Shown here in pieces: positions 24,201 to 36,700 of a DNA stretch of 64,000 bases. Numbering within the stretch: position 1 is the stretch's first letter; every line of letters starts with the position of its first letter. Source of the stretch: Octopus bimaculoides. Its lineage: Eukaryota. The stretch lies in NCBI RefSeq assembly GCF_001194135.2, contig NC_069003.1:36363608-36427607 (forward strand). The letters run 5' to 3'. The notes under the pieces were generated by a model. The model had not been told where the DNA came from. It saw nothing but the letters and a program-made list of their open reading frames with translations, and searched no databases. Both the position numbers and the translations under genes were made by a program.

Positions 24201-26971
24201 NNNNNNNNNNNNNNNNNNNNNNNNNNNNNNNNNNNNNNNNNNNNNNNNNNNNNNNNNNNNNNNNNNNNNNNNNNNNNNNNNNNNNNNNNNNNNNNNNNNN
24301 NNNNNNNNNNNNNNNNNNNNNNNNNNNNNNNNNNNATATATATAAAGTTTTCTTAGTTATATATTTCCAGCAGTTGTCACACTAACATTCATTTCTGTTT
24401 TAAAATAAATATTTTTCCTTGGTATTAAATACATTTGCTTTGTTATAATGAATATAAACACATTTTTGAGGTAATTAAGAATAAAAGTTGGTTATATATT
24501 TTATTAATTTGATGTTTAATGACTGTAAATGAGTCATAATGTGTAATTGTGGTAACGAACAAGTTTACCTAATTAATGGCTTTGTGAACCTGATCCAGTG
24601 GGGAATTGTGTTGAGAATCTTTCTTATTCACCCATAGACATTTGCTTTAGAATGAAAAAGAGGTCTTTTTCTTTACATCTAGAATTGTTAGAAAATATCG
24701 AAATGATGTTGTCATTATTAAGTAGTAAAGGAATTAACTTTCATCATCATCATTCTTTAACAGCCACATTTCTATGCTTGCATGGGTCAGACGGATTTTG
24801 TTGAGGTTGATTGTCTACTGTTACTTACTCTCACCTTTTTCCAAGCAAGGTAATATTGCCTCATGGCCAGACATGTTTTTCGTGAAAATCTGGAAACAAA
24901 CAACATCACTTGTATAACATTGATGCTGTCGTACAACCATCACTTGATGTCGAAACATAGGGTATACAAAAGAAGTTCATTTCCTAACCACTTGGTTCCT
25001 GGTTCAGTCCCACTGCATGTCACTTTGGGCAAGTGTTTTCTATTATAGACTCAAACAGACCAAAGCTTTGTTAATGAATTTGGTAGAGAGAAACTGAAAG
25101 AAGCCCATCGTGTGTGTGTGTGTTCATATATATATATATATATATGTATGTTTGTGACTCCCTGTCTTGACATGTAACAGTTGTAAATGATCGTCCCTGT
25201 TGTGCAAGCAGTGTCATTCATTTCCAATATTCTGCACAAGCATGTCTGGCCATGGGGAAATATTGCCTTACTTGGGGCCAGGTGAGGGTTAGTGACAGGA
25301 AAGGCATCTGGTTGTAGAAAATCTGCCTGTTTGACTCTTACAAGCATAGTTAAGTGGACGTTAAATAATGATAATGATATATATGAAGAAATATGTATAT
25401 AATATATGGTGGGTGAGTATGTATGTATAATACATTCTCTCTCTCTCCTTAAATTAATTTGATTTTTTTTTTTTTGACAGACAAGAGAAACGCCAATGGG
25501 GCTGTGGGTTGTTTTGTGGGGGTGCCATGTTATATGCCTGCCGTACTGTAATGCCGCTGTGTGTCGTATCATTGGCCAAAGAATTCAAATGGAATAAAAC
25601 CGAATCAGTAAGTATAAATTTTTCAGTATCGTTTAATTTCGATATTAGTTATTAATTAACTGAAATTTTCCAAAAAGATCACCTTCTTTTCTTCACTGAA
25701 AATAGATTTTGAAGCAAAATTGATGACAGTGTTATAATCCTCAATGACATACGATATTATGTTATTTTTATGGTTTCTTTTGTAATTCTTTTCAGGGAAC
25801 AGTTTTATCTTCCTTTTTCTGGGGTTATACCATGACCCAGTTCATTGGAGGTTATCTTAGTGACAGAGTTGGCGGCGAGATTGTTGTGCCCATGGCTGCA
25901 GCATTTTGGTCAATAATTACATTTTGGACCCCACAACTTGTATATATCAGCAAAGATAAACAAGTCACACTTAATATTTTAGTCTTATCACGGGTTTTAT
26001 TGGGAATCTTTCAAGGTAAGAATATTTCCTATCTTATTATAACTGTTTTTTAAAATTTTTTTCTCTTTATCCATAAATAATTCATTTTAAGCTAATAATC
26101 CTGTCAAAGTAGAGAAGCAAACAAGAGAAAAGATTTCACTTAGCTGTCAGCAAATTTGGGATTCTTACTGGAAATAATTTTTTCTACTTGATTCCATGAA
26201 TTAAGCATTCATTCTTACAAGCTCCTTCAACAGACTCAAACTACTGTAAAATTGACCTTTTTTATTATTTTTTATTCGTTTGCTGAACACGACTCATGTT
26301 CTTAATGAGCTTTTAAATAGCAACTACAGTTGAGAGCTCTACACTTCCCATTAAACTGCTGAATCACTTGGTCTTTTGTCTGATTTAAGTTCTAAATTGT
26401 AGCAATTTCACTAAGGTCACTGCTGACTGCCCCCCCCCCACTTCCACTAGAAATCTTAGCTGTCATACCTGCCTACCTGGAGGTGTTATATGTCTTCTCT
26501 AGAGATATTTATTGTACAATCGAAAAGCAGACATGCTTTAAAATGTAATCACTGATATAGTCTGAGTCTTGCTATGACAATATGGCTCTTCATTAGCAAT
26601 ACTCTATGTTTTACATAGACTGACCCATCAGTACTAGTATATAATAGTGCGTTTTATGTGCTACTGGCACAGGTGCCAGTCGGGCAGCACTGGCATCATC
26701 CAAAGATAACTAATCAAATAGCTGCTGATCTGCTACAAAGGATGGATAAACTTGTGTCACGCAACTGGCACCTGTGCCAGTGACACATGAAAGCACCCAT
26801 TACATTCTTGGAGCAGTTGCGTTAGGAAGGGCATCCAGCCATAGAAAACCATGCCAAATCAGACTGGAGTCTGGGGCAGCCCCTCAGTTTACCAGCCCTG
26901 ATCAAACCGTCCAACCCATGCCAGCATGGACAATGACGTTAAAAGATGATGATGGTGATAGATATATATAT

Positions 26972-27004
<33 letters not shown>

Positions 27005-30000
27005 GGAGTAAGCACATGAAATGTGCAACAAGGTGGAAAAAAGAGTACTCAATTACCAGAGGTAGAGTAATATGCTTTATTTAAAAGCAGCAGAAATGTA
27101 ACAAAAAAACCGTTACTCTGAGTTTCACGTTCCCGTTCATCGTGTCCGATGAACGGGAACGTGAAACTCAGAGTAACGGTTTTTTTGTTATATTTCTGCT
27201 GCTTTTAAATAAAGTATATATATATATATGTAGTTATTTGTATATATGCTTGTATGTATATATATATGTGTGTGTGTGTGTTTATATTTCTGTAACTTTT
27301 TCTTTGTTCTCAAGGTTTTCACTATCCCAGCTTCACCAGCATCATATCAAGGAAAGTGATCGAACAAGAGCGTTCATTAACATATAGCTTTATATCATCT
27401 GGTTCTTATTTAGGGTAAGTCATTTCGAATTGTTAATCTCTCCTAATATATAGAAAGCATGTCGGTACTAAACTGTGCCTACATGATACCACCTGATACT
27501 ACATGAGATGCCAATGCACAGGGATCTCAGTCTTATACTCTCTAACACCACCAAGATCATAGTAGATACTATACAACCCATGGGCACAAACTCACAGCTC
27601 TATTCCTTCACTGTCCAATAAACAGCACACAACTCAACTCACCTCAGCCAATCTCTGTGGGTCCCTCACTGTGTTTCCACATACTTCATATTGCCACGAC
27701 TCATTCACAATGGCTGGATTTTTTATTTTCTTCATCTCCAGAAAATGGACAACCACTAACTATGCAAGAATATTTTCTATCCTAATGTTTAAATCCACTG
27801 ATTTAGTACATCCCCACCTCTCCACATATTTATTTTTGGTCAAAGAAGATGTCTCCTTACTCCAGCATTGATTATTCTACCATCTTGTTGTAAATTCATT
27901 CCATTTCTCCTTTCTAGCATTATTATGAGCTCTACTTCTCTGAACCCTTCACTGAATACTGTCCCTTCTTAAATTATTCCCTTTTCCCCCATCCCATTGT
28001 TTTCCCTTTGCCTGTTTGTGATAGCATCCTTGATCCAACAAGGCCGTGGGGAGATTTTACCTTGCTTGGAAACAGATGAATGCTGGCAACTGGAAGGGCA
28101 TCCAGCTGTAGGACATCTGCTTCAACAAAATCCGTCTGACCCATGCCAGCATAGAAAAGTGGACATTAAATGATGAGGATGATGACCCACAAGAGTCATC
28201 AGGTGCAGAATAAGCATCTTCAATTCAATAATGACCTATCATATTACGAAAGAAAAAAAATGCTCAGAAACAGGTACTTTTTCTCTTTGGAGCCTTTCTA
28301 GTCTTTTGATAAAGTTTCTTATAAATTATCTGTGAAGGTTTTGATGTAACATCTGCATCACTGAAATAATTTCCTTTCTTTTCACTCGCAAACAAACCAC
28401 TTGGAATTTTATTCCAATTTCTACAATTTTTTCTGACGTCTCTAACATTTGAAATTTCCTCCTTTGTTTCCAGTACTCTGTTCACTGGCAGCCTAGGATC
28501 CCTTCTTTTAGACAATTATGGCTGGCACAGTGCATTCTATTTTACAGGTGAGTAAACATTATTATTGGAGATATAGTTATATTAATCCAAAGATCTTTAA
28601 TCATCTGAAATTACTACTACTACTACTATTAATAATAATAATAATAATAATATTACTAATAATAATTGAGACTGTTTAATCTGAGCTTTCTTTCCCTAGC
28701 TGTAATGGAATGAAGATGAAATGCAATATTTTTTGTTTTACTTGAATAATTAAAATTATTTTATTGGAACTCATTAAAAAAATTGATGAAAAAGTTGCCT
28801 CCCATGGACATGTGTTCTCTTCTACTTCACTTGGCCTAAAACTTTGTAGGATTGTAGAACTGAACCAGACAGTATTCCAGAGGATATTAGAAGAGTTAGA
28901 TATCGCCAACATAAATATTGATTGTTGTAGGTGTAGTTCCTTGGAATGGTCTACAGGAAAAAAATTGAAGTTTATATCAAATTGTGTGCGTATGTAATGA
29001 AAAAAAAAATAGTGAAATAAAGAGTTGGAATGTGAGGGAGCCTGATAAATTGAGAATGGAGGGATTTAGTGCTGCAGGGTAGAGAGGGACAGACATTCTC
29101 TCTAGTATCAATAAAAAAAAAAGGGATAAAATGTACCCAGTCCGTGTTGTGAAGTGGTTGGGGGTAAGAAAGGAATCCAACCATCAAAGGCATGACGTAG
29201 TACCCAAGTGAGTACCCTTAATGCAGCAGGATTGGTGCCAATAGCATAATTCTTGATTGCTATTTAATGTTCATCTGGTATAATCCTTCTTGTTATTAGC
29301 ACAGGGCCTGTCGATGTAATTGACCCCAGTGTTCAACTGGTCCTTATTTCATTGACCCTGAAAGGAGATGTCCTTCGATTCTTCAGACTCTTTTTGTCCC
29401 AGTAACAATCCCGGTTCGGTCTGTTTATTGTGAGTTTCTGTTTTTTCTTTTCTTACCAGGAACATGTGGCATCATCTGGCTCCTTCTGTTGCGGTATTGC
29501 CTCATTTCAAGAGAACAGGATAAATATGTGGTTGTCTCCTTAGCTGATAATGTCGTTGCCCCAGGAAAGACAGTACCCAAAGATTATACCTCTGTCCCAT
29601 GGTTAACATTGTCCACTAAACTAGCATTTTGGTAAGTCTGCTTCATTTTTAGTCTTAATTGATGATGGTTAAGGAATAACTGCTTCTAATTTTAATATAA
29701 AACCCTCGATTTTAAAGGATGCAAATTCAGAGGATTACATCAACCTCAGTACTTGACTGATACTTTCTTATCGATTCTGAAAGGATGAAAGTCAAAGTTG
29801 GCCTCAGTGGGATTTGAACTCACAATGTAAAGAACCAGAAGAAATCCTGCAAGACATTTTCTCCAATGCTCTCCTGATTCTGCCAATCCATTGACCTGAG
29901 ATATTTATCATGAATCAGCTACATTCATTCTTGATGTACAAAATGTTTTCTTTTTGTGTTCATTAGTGTTATTTTTAGTATTTCTCTTTTTTGTCTTTTT

Positions 30001-33000
30001 GTCCTTTTTCAGGTCCCTTATTGTTGGTCACTTTTGTCAAAATAATGCATTCTTTGTACTCTTATCTTGGATGCCAACATATTTCCATGAAAGTTTTCCT
30101 TCAGCAAAGGTAAGAGACACAATCCAATTTTCATTTTATTCAGTATTTTGCTTTAGTGATTTCTCACAATTTGCCATTGTAAAAATGTTTCTCAGTAGTG
30201 GTCTGTTTTCAGTTGGATTGGAGAAGTAGTGAATCCTGTGAGTCAGTGAGTGCTTTCCAGATGGATTATGGGATTGCTTTGTAAAGTGGTGGGCATTAGG
30301 AAAGGCATCCGGCTGTAGGAACCATGTCAAAGAAGACATTGGAGTTCGCTGGATCCTGTCAATCCATCCAACTCGTCCCAGCATGGAAACTGGGCCTTAG
30401 TTTATGATGATGATGATTGCTCAGTTTAAGTGCCGGCCAACCTCTCCTAAAAATGAGTAGCAGTCAACTTTTAGTANNNNNNNNNNCAAGAAACAGTCTT
30501 TGTCTGCTCTCACACAAGTCACAACGACCTAAAACAACCAGCAAAATCCTGATACAAGCCACCAATGCCATACTCACCTGCAAGTGACAACCAACCTTCA
30601 GTCTACTCTTAAATCCCCCTCCTCCTTCTCCCCCTCCTCCCCTTCCTCCTCCTCCTTCTCCTCCTCCTCCTCCCCTCTACAATGATGTTATTGAGTATCT
30701 TACTTAATGTTTGCATTGAAACTCTTTTAAAATACATGTATTATTTTTGTTTGTTTGTGTTGTAGGGGTGGGTATTTAATGTGGTGCCATGGGTAGTGAC
30801 CATTCCAAGCTCTATATTCAGTGGTTGGTTAGCAGATGTCATGATATGCAAAGGTAAGTTTTGCTTTTGTCAAAAAGACAAAAGATTAAAGAATTCTCGT
30901 TTGACTCCACATCAAGTTTTCATTATCGTTTAGTATGAAACTCATTTGCATTAAAAATAAATCTTGCATGTCCTCCATTTACCATCATCCCCCTAAGGAA
31001 GGAATGAAAATAACCATGCGTTAAAACGTAAAAACTGGAAAAATTGGGCTTAATGTTTCATTGTATTGCTAAATGATTAAAGATTGATGAAAGTTAAATC
31101 TCACTTCCCCTGGGTAGAACACACTGGTACACATTCCTTAAACAAATAATAACTCCACAGTGTTGAAGCTGCTTACATTTGCAGATGGTACCTCAGTACC
31201 TCTGTTGTGTTCTATCAACAGAGGTACAGTTAATCTTGACTGTACCTCTACTGTGTTCCATCAACACTGTCATCTGTAACCACCCTTGACTGCTATAGTT
31301 CCTCGCACATGACAGAGTTTAAACTTTGTTACACTGATATATATATATATATATATATCTTATGTATTAAAGTACTTGGCTAAATGAACTGTAAAAATAT
31401 TTATAAATGTATTATTAGAAAATGTCTTTGTGATTATTGATCTCTATTCTTTCTCTTCTGTGGCACATCAGGTTACACTGTGACATTTGTCAGAAAATTT
31501 ATGGAGGTAAGTTGACGCATTATTTATATTCCAAACAGCTAAACTGCAATGAAACTAGAAATGTTTCCCTTCTTTTTCATTTGTCTGTATCTACCTTCAG
31601 TTCATAGTGTTTATTTGAAATTGAGACCCACAACACTATCCGGTCAAATATTTCCACAGAAAACAGCCATTTCCTTTGAATTGGCAGTAATAAATACCTT
31701 GAAATTATTCTTCCATAAAACATTGTTAAATTGTGACCAATGATGTAATAATCCAAACAGAAGCGACAGTGCTGCTGCTGCTGCTGCAAATGAGATGGGG
31801 TGGAAAGGACGATATCTGAGTGTACAATAACAACAATAACAGTGCATGCTTCTTTCAACATGGAGAAGTGTGTTTGGTCATCTGCAAAAGTAATTATATC
31901 AGGATTGGGGTGGGTAGAGCTTTGCTCATTGTAATTTGCTGTCAACAGTGATCCAATCAGTGGATTGCAGGTATGTAATTAGTGAATTGATATTTAAGGT
32001 ACAGTTTACCTAATAAAAGCACACGGCCTGGTGGTTAGGATGTTGCACTCATGATTGCGAGATTGTGGTTTCAATTCCTGGGTGACGTGTTGTGTTTCTT
32101 GAGCAAAATGCTTCAATTTGCATTGTTCTGTGGTACGCTTTGACCCCTGTCCAGACAATGTCGATTTGCTGGAGAGAGACTGGTCCAATGTGCAACATGA
32201 ACGTTTAATCACTAGAAACTAATTATTTGTGTAGGTTGTTGTTTGGCAAAAGCTGAATGCTTGTACATGGTCTTCAACAGGGAGAGTCCATCACAGTTTA
32301 CCTCAATACAATTTAGCAACATTAGGCGAGTAGACATACTTAAATAATCAATAATTGTTAATACTCTATCAAATTCTGATTGATTAGTAATCTTTATTGT
32401 TTTGCAGACAGTAGCCTTGTGTGGAAGTGCTATATTTCTGATGCTGATCGGATATACATCAAGTTTTGAAGCATCCCTCTTCTGCCTAGCATGTGCAGTT
32501 GCTTGCTGCGGTTTCCATGGCAGCGGGATATTAATAAACCCCCAGGACATTGCTCCCAAACATGCAGGATCTGTTTTTGGTAGGTTGTCTTCATTCCCCT
32601 TATATCCCTTCCCTTAAAAATATATTTATTCATTAGAACACATGCAATTAGACACACACACACACAGATGCTCACCCATATCCCTACTCTTATCTATACA
32701 TACACTCTTCCAGCCTCCATTCCCCATAATCTTTCTTTTGCCAAGACATTGCATCCTTTAAAACCTCTTCCTGAAATTTGCCAACACTACAACCGATATC
32801 CACCCTGCCTCCATACACATGCACACATGCATGACTCATACACTGTTCATTTTTCCTGTCATTTGTACATAGTTCTATAGACTGTACATGCGCCTTTGAT
32901 AAGCTGTGGTGCACCTGAGCACTATACACAATTCCATTGTGATTATTATTATTATTATTCAGTAGTTTTATTTTTATAACGTGCTTTCACTTCACTACTG

Positions 33001-33719
33001 AGCGCAGCTCTGTGTGCCTTGGGTCTCTGCTGTGGTTTGCTGTGATGCTCTTATGGTTACTGTATTGAAAGTGTTTTGCGTAGGATTATCATTATTATTA
33101 ACAACATTATATGTAATTGTTCTTTTTCTGTTTTGATTTCAGGCATCATGAACATGGCAGGTGCAATACCAGGTAGGTTCTCTTCTGTCTTTGTCTGTTT
33201 CTTATTCTTTATCAAATAAGTCCAATAAAGTCTATATAAATGTCACTAAATAAATGAAATCAATGTAAACGACAGTATTTATTTGGTCAGTTGTTTTTAT
33301 GTCCCTTTTTTTTTTTTCTATGCTAGGTTTGTGTCTATATAACAGTGTGTGTCTGTGTGTCCTTGTCTTGACATCACATGATTATTGTAAACGAGTGCCA
33401 CCATCATACAAGTGACGTCCTGTATCTCTAATATTCAATGTGAACATGTCTGGCTAAGAGGAAATGTTACCTTTCTTCTTCTTATTAGACTTGCCATGGC
33501 TTGTTTTCTCTGCTCATGACAATTTTATATTGCTTTCTAAACAAAGATTTAGGATTATTTTTTTCTCATATTTTTGCAGGTTTTGTAGGGGTTTACATTG
33601 CTGGCAATATTCTGGAAGCGACAAAAAGTTGGGGAGCAGTTTTCAGCCAAACTGCTGTTGTATGTATTTTTGGTTGGATTGTTTATATGGTTTTTGGCAC
33701 CGGCAAAGTGATAATTTAA
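21224..33719 (+). CDS. SLC17A9: Solute carrier family 17 member 9 (vesicular nucleotide transporter, VNUT; MFS). Exons: 21224-21318, 25481-25607, 25796-26015, 27315-27414, 28474-28547, 29460-29631, 30013-30109, 30766-30853, 31472-31506, 32408-32579, 33143-33172, 33580-33719 (1350 nt, 449 aa)
   Basis: Complete spliced ORF: YWTR|QEKRQW...MLYACRTVMPLC...EFKWNKTES|GTVLSSFFWGYTMTQFIGGYLSDRVGGE...SRVLLGIFQ|GFHYPS...ERSLTYS...SGSYLG|TLFTGSLGSLLLDNYGW...VPW...LLSWMPTYFHESFPSAK|GWVFNVVPW...NPQDIAPKHAGSVF|GIMNMAGAIP|GFVGVYIAGNILEATKSW. These are the motifs I recall for SLC17A9. All introns are GT-AG and exon lengths sum to a multiple of 3. Confidence 0.95.
23720..23937 (-). mobile_element. tRNA-derived SINE, family B (further copies at about 4183-4380 +, 22555-22715 -, 29700-29890 -, 39600-39785 -, 43930-44145 -, 44765-44960 -)
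   Basis: Minus strand reads ggcagcgagctggcagaatcattagcacg...gagttcaaattctgccgaggtcaactttgcctttcatccttctggggtcgattaaataagtaccagttacgcactggggtcgat. A/B-box-like head; at least seven dispersed copies in the window. Confidence 0.8.
26760..26958 (+). mobile_element. RTE 3'-end repeat copy in SLC17A9 intron 3
   Basis: Same family as 20105-20360; ends gacgttaaaagatgatgatggtgat, followed by (AT)n. Confidence 0.8.
27003..27219. mobile_element. Palindromic retroelement remnant, probably Penelope-like (inverted pLTR), containing a hammerhead-like motif
   Basis: 73-bp inverted arms (27070-27142 / 27147-27219) with a 4-nt loop, an unpaired extension on the left only (27003-27069), and (AT)n microsatellites on both sides. 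Confidence 0.55.
27143..27178 (+). ncRNA. Minimal type I hammerhead-ribozyme-like motif (variant core)
   Basis: ugu-CCGAUGA-acg(ggaa)cgu-GAA-acuc(a)gagu-A-acg. Core C3 C4 G5 A6 U7 G8 A9, 3-bp stem II with a GNRA loop, G12 A13 A14, palindromic stem III, GUA cleavage triplet, 3-bp stem I. Deviations: U4C, A-U instead of G-C at 10.1/11.1, and a very short stem I. Confidence 0.45.
28610..28665. repeat. (TAC)n/(AAT)n trinucleotide microsatellite
   Basis: Directly visible. Confidence 0.9.
30614..30678. repeat. 65-nt pure pyrimidine (CCT)n-rich tract
   Basis: Only C and T on the + strand. Confidence 0.9.
31995..32215 (+). mobile_element. tRNA-derived SINE (distinct family) in SLC17A9 intron 9
   Basis: A-box-like ggcctggtggttagg and B-box-like ggtttcaattcc, followed by gtgttgtgtttcttgagcaaaatgcttca. 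Confidence 0.55.
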
Positions 33720-36700
33720 TCAATGCAAAGTTAATTTCAAGACATTTTCTCCAATATATCCTACAGTGAAAGACCTGTGGTTTATACCAACAAAATATTG
33801 GGCGATTTCTTAACTCCCTGCAATGGCAAAAATGTACTTAAAAAACAGCTAACATTTTCTTAGGTCTTTTAACATTCCTAACAGAACACTTCCTGTCTCT
33901 TCAATAACCTCTACTTTCTCTGTTTCCTTATTAAATACAAAAACTTTTAGTATTCTCAAAAAAATCTCACTGTCCCANNNNNNNNNNNNNNNNNNNNNNN
34001 NNNNNNNNNNNNNNNNNNNNNNNNNNNNNNNNNNNNNNNNNNNNNNNNNNNNNNNNNNNNNNNNNNNNNNNNNNNNNNNNNNNNNNNNNNNNNNNNNNNN
34101 NNNNNNNNNNNNNNNNNNNNNNNNNNNNNNNNNNNNNNNNNNNNNNNNNNNNNNNNNNNTTATATATGCATATATCCATAAATGACTGCTTTATGAACCG
34201 TTATTTAACTTCCTAATTCTTTAAATCCCTGTTTTAGTCTTGGTGGTGTTAGTCGGTTTAAGAGAACCGGTTTCATAAAGTCAGTTCTTAATGTTTATAT
34301 TTTGAAAAACTAATATACTTTCAAAAATTATATTTAATGGAATTAAATTGAAAATCACTGAAACTTATTTCACAGAGATAAAAAAAAAAAAAGCCCACGA
34401 AGTAGAAGTCATGTTTTATTTTAAACTGACCAAATGTGATTGCAGTTAGTTGTGATCTAATCACTACAAACATGACCATTAGTAACTGATATTTTCCTAA
34501 TCCATCAGGCTTAAATGAATTGTAAATGTTTCATCTAATTGGGGCAGCAAATTGACTAATTATCAAGGTAAGGTTAATTAACATTCATTGCTAGGTAAAT
34601 CTCATTGCTTTCTTCTGCAAATTCTCACAAGTAGAACATGGAATTTCTAAACCCCCTCCCCTCTGCAAAAAAATTTGTTAATAGACATTTGAAAATGTCG
34701 GTCATGGAGCTTACGAATGACACAAATAATTGGCCAGTGGATGAAATGATTTTTTATATTTGTCTCTTTTGGTCATAAAAGAAAATACATTTGTGTGGGT
34801 GGATGGGTGTACTGAGGAAAAAGAGAGAAAAATAAAGTTGTGTGTTTGCTTATATATATATGTGTGCATGTTTGTATGTATGTTTATCTCATGAACAAAA
34901 CCCATTGAATATTCATTGATGTTGATGCTGAAACTATTAATAATTGCTCGGATGGTGGACTCATCCAGACATTTTTTTTGTGAAAATCAATAGAAAAGTG
35001 AGTTTACTTTTCTGAGATGTGGACATTTTCTCTAAAGCTCATTTCCTATGTTAAACATAGGGCTGTATTTAATAGAGATCATTGAATAATAAATGCATCA
35101 TTTCCTTCACTGCTGCTGCTGTGTTTTTGTTTCTAATACATTTCCCTGTTCATTCTTCCTTGACCCCTCCAAGTGTCCCCAAACCCACACTGACCTCCAG
35201 ACCTGAATCCTCCTTCAAAATCGACATATCTATACATTTATATATATGAATAGCACAGTCTGTAGCGAGCATCGTTTTCTATACTTTGTCACAACTTCCT
35301 TCCTTCCTTTTTAAGTCTGTTTATATGTGTAAATGCCCTTTGATTTATTTTTCTCATGGATAAATTGCACCTGTTATTTTTTAGGCTTCAAATCTGAAGG
35401 AAAAAAAAATGGATATATCCACAAATAAAGTTCTTCATGTATTCTAACTCTTCTCTCAGCTGAGACCACTCCTAATATAAAAATTATCTTTCTTAATTAG
35501 TTCATATGTGATTTTATTCTAAGCACTGTTTTGTGTACTTCAAATGTAATTTTTATTTACTGTATTTAATGGCATATAAACTGCCACATTTTTGTGGGTC
35601 TGGTTGATGAAAATTGTGTAGAAGTTTGTGTGTGTTTGTTCTCTTAACATGTGACAGCTGTAAACAAGTGTCCCCCTCATACAAGCAATGTTGATTGTTT
35701 CTAGTCTTGCGTGGGGAAATATTACTTTGCTTAGAAACAGGAAGGGCATTGGCAGTGTAAAACCATGGAAAAGCAGGCATTAAATGATGATTGAATTTAG
35801 GATCACAGAAATAAAATATTCCAGAAAGGATTTCAGTTCAAATTACTTTATTCTTGATAAAAATCAATTGGGATAGAATCCAATTAAATTAAAACGATAA
35901 CATTACTTCTAAACAACAGTTTCTCTGAAATTTAACAGCAAGATTGTAAAAGAATTGAAAAGTTTTATTTTACTATTTTTCAAAAATGGTAAACTGGAAT
36001 GGAATGTAAAAGTCAAGCACCAATTACTTTCAACAAAACGGTTTTGTATTCACCACCACAGTCGGATTCAACAAAATCAGAAAGTGCAGTGTCATACGTT
36101 GCGAGGAAATCCTCTTTTATTTCTTGCAGATCAAGCTATAAGAAAGAAAGAATAAATATATATTAAAAAAAAGTATAATGTAAGAATAGGGTCAGATTCT
36201 TACATGATATGAAAATAAGAGACAAAACATTAGAAAATAGATCTCAGGGAAAGAAAGAAAAAAAAAAGGGACAAAATGCTACATCTTGTCATATTTCTCT
36301 TTGAAGACAACTTTTTCCAAGATAATTCTAGATTAAATAGAATAGTTTAATTAATAAAAGATGTAAAAGCAACCTTGGAACCAAAGTTTTATAAAATGAA
36401 TTATGAATGGATACAAGTTTGTTTTTTTTTCTGAAATACTTCATTAGAAATATTAATGATATTGTTAACTTACCAATGTCAAAAAAGAATTTAAAACCCG
36501 ATACAAATAATGTCCAGAGATGATGTCAAATATTACCCAGCCAGCAATATTAGATAGTTATGGTTAGAATAGTTGGTTATCAGGAGGAATTCTAAGATAG
36601 TTCCAATAATCTTTTTGCAATTGACTTTGTAATAGAAGATGGCAATTATGTGAATATTAATTAGTGTCTAATGTGAAATGTTAGACAATGCTTAAGACCA

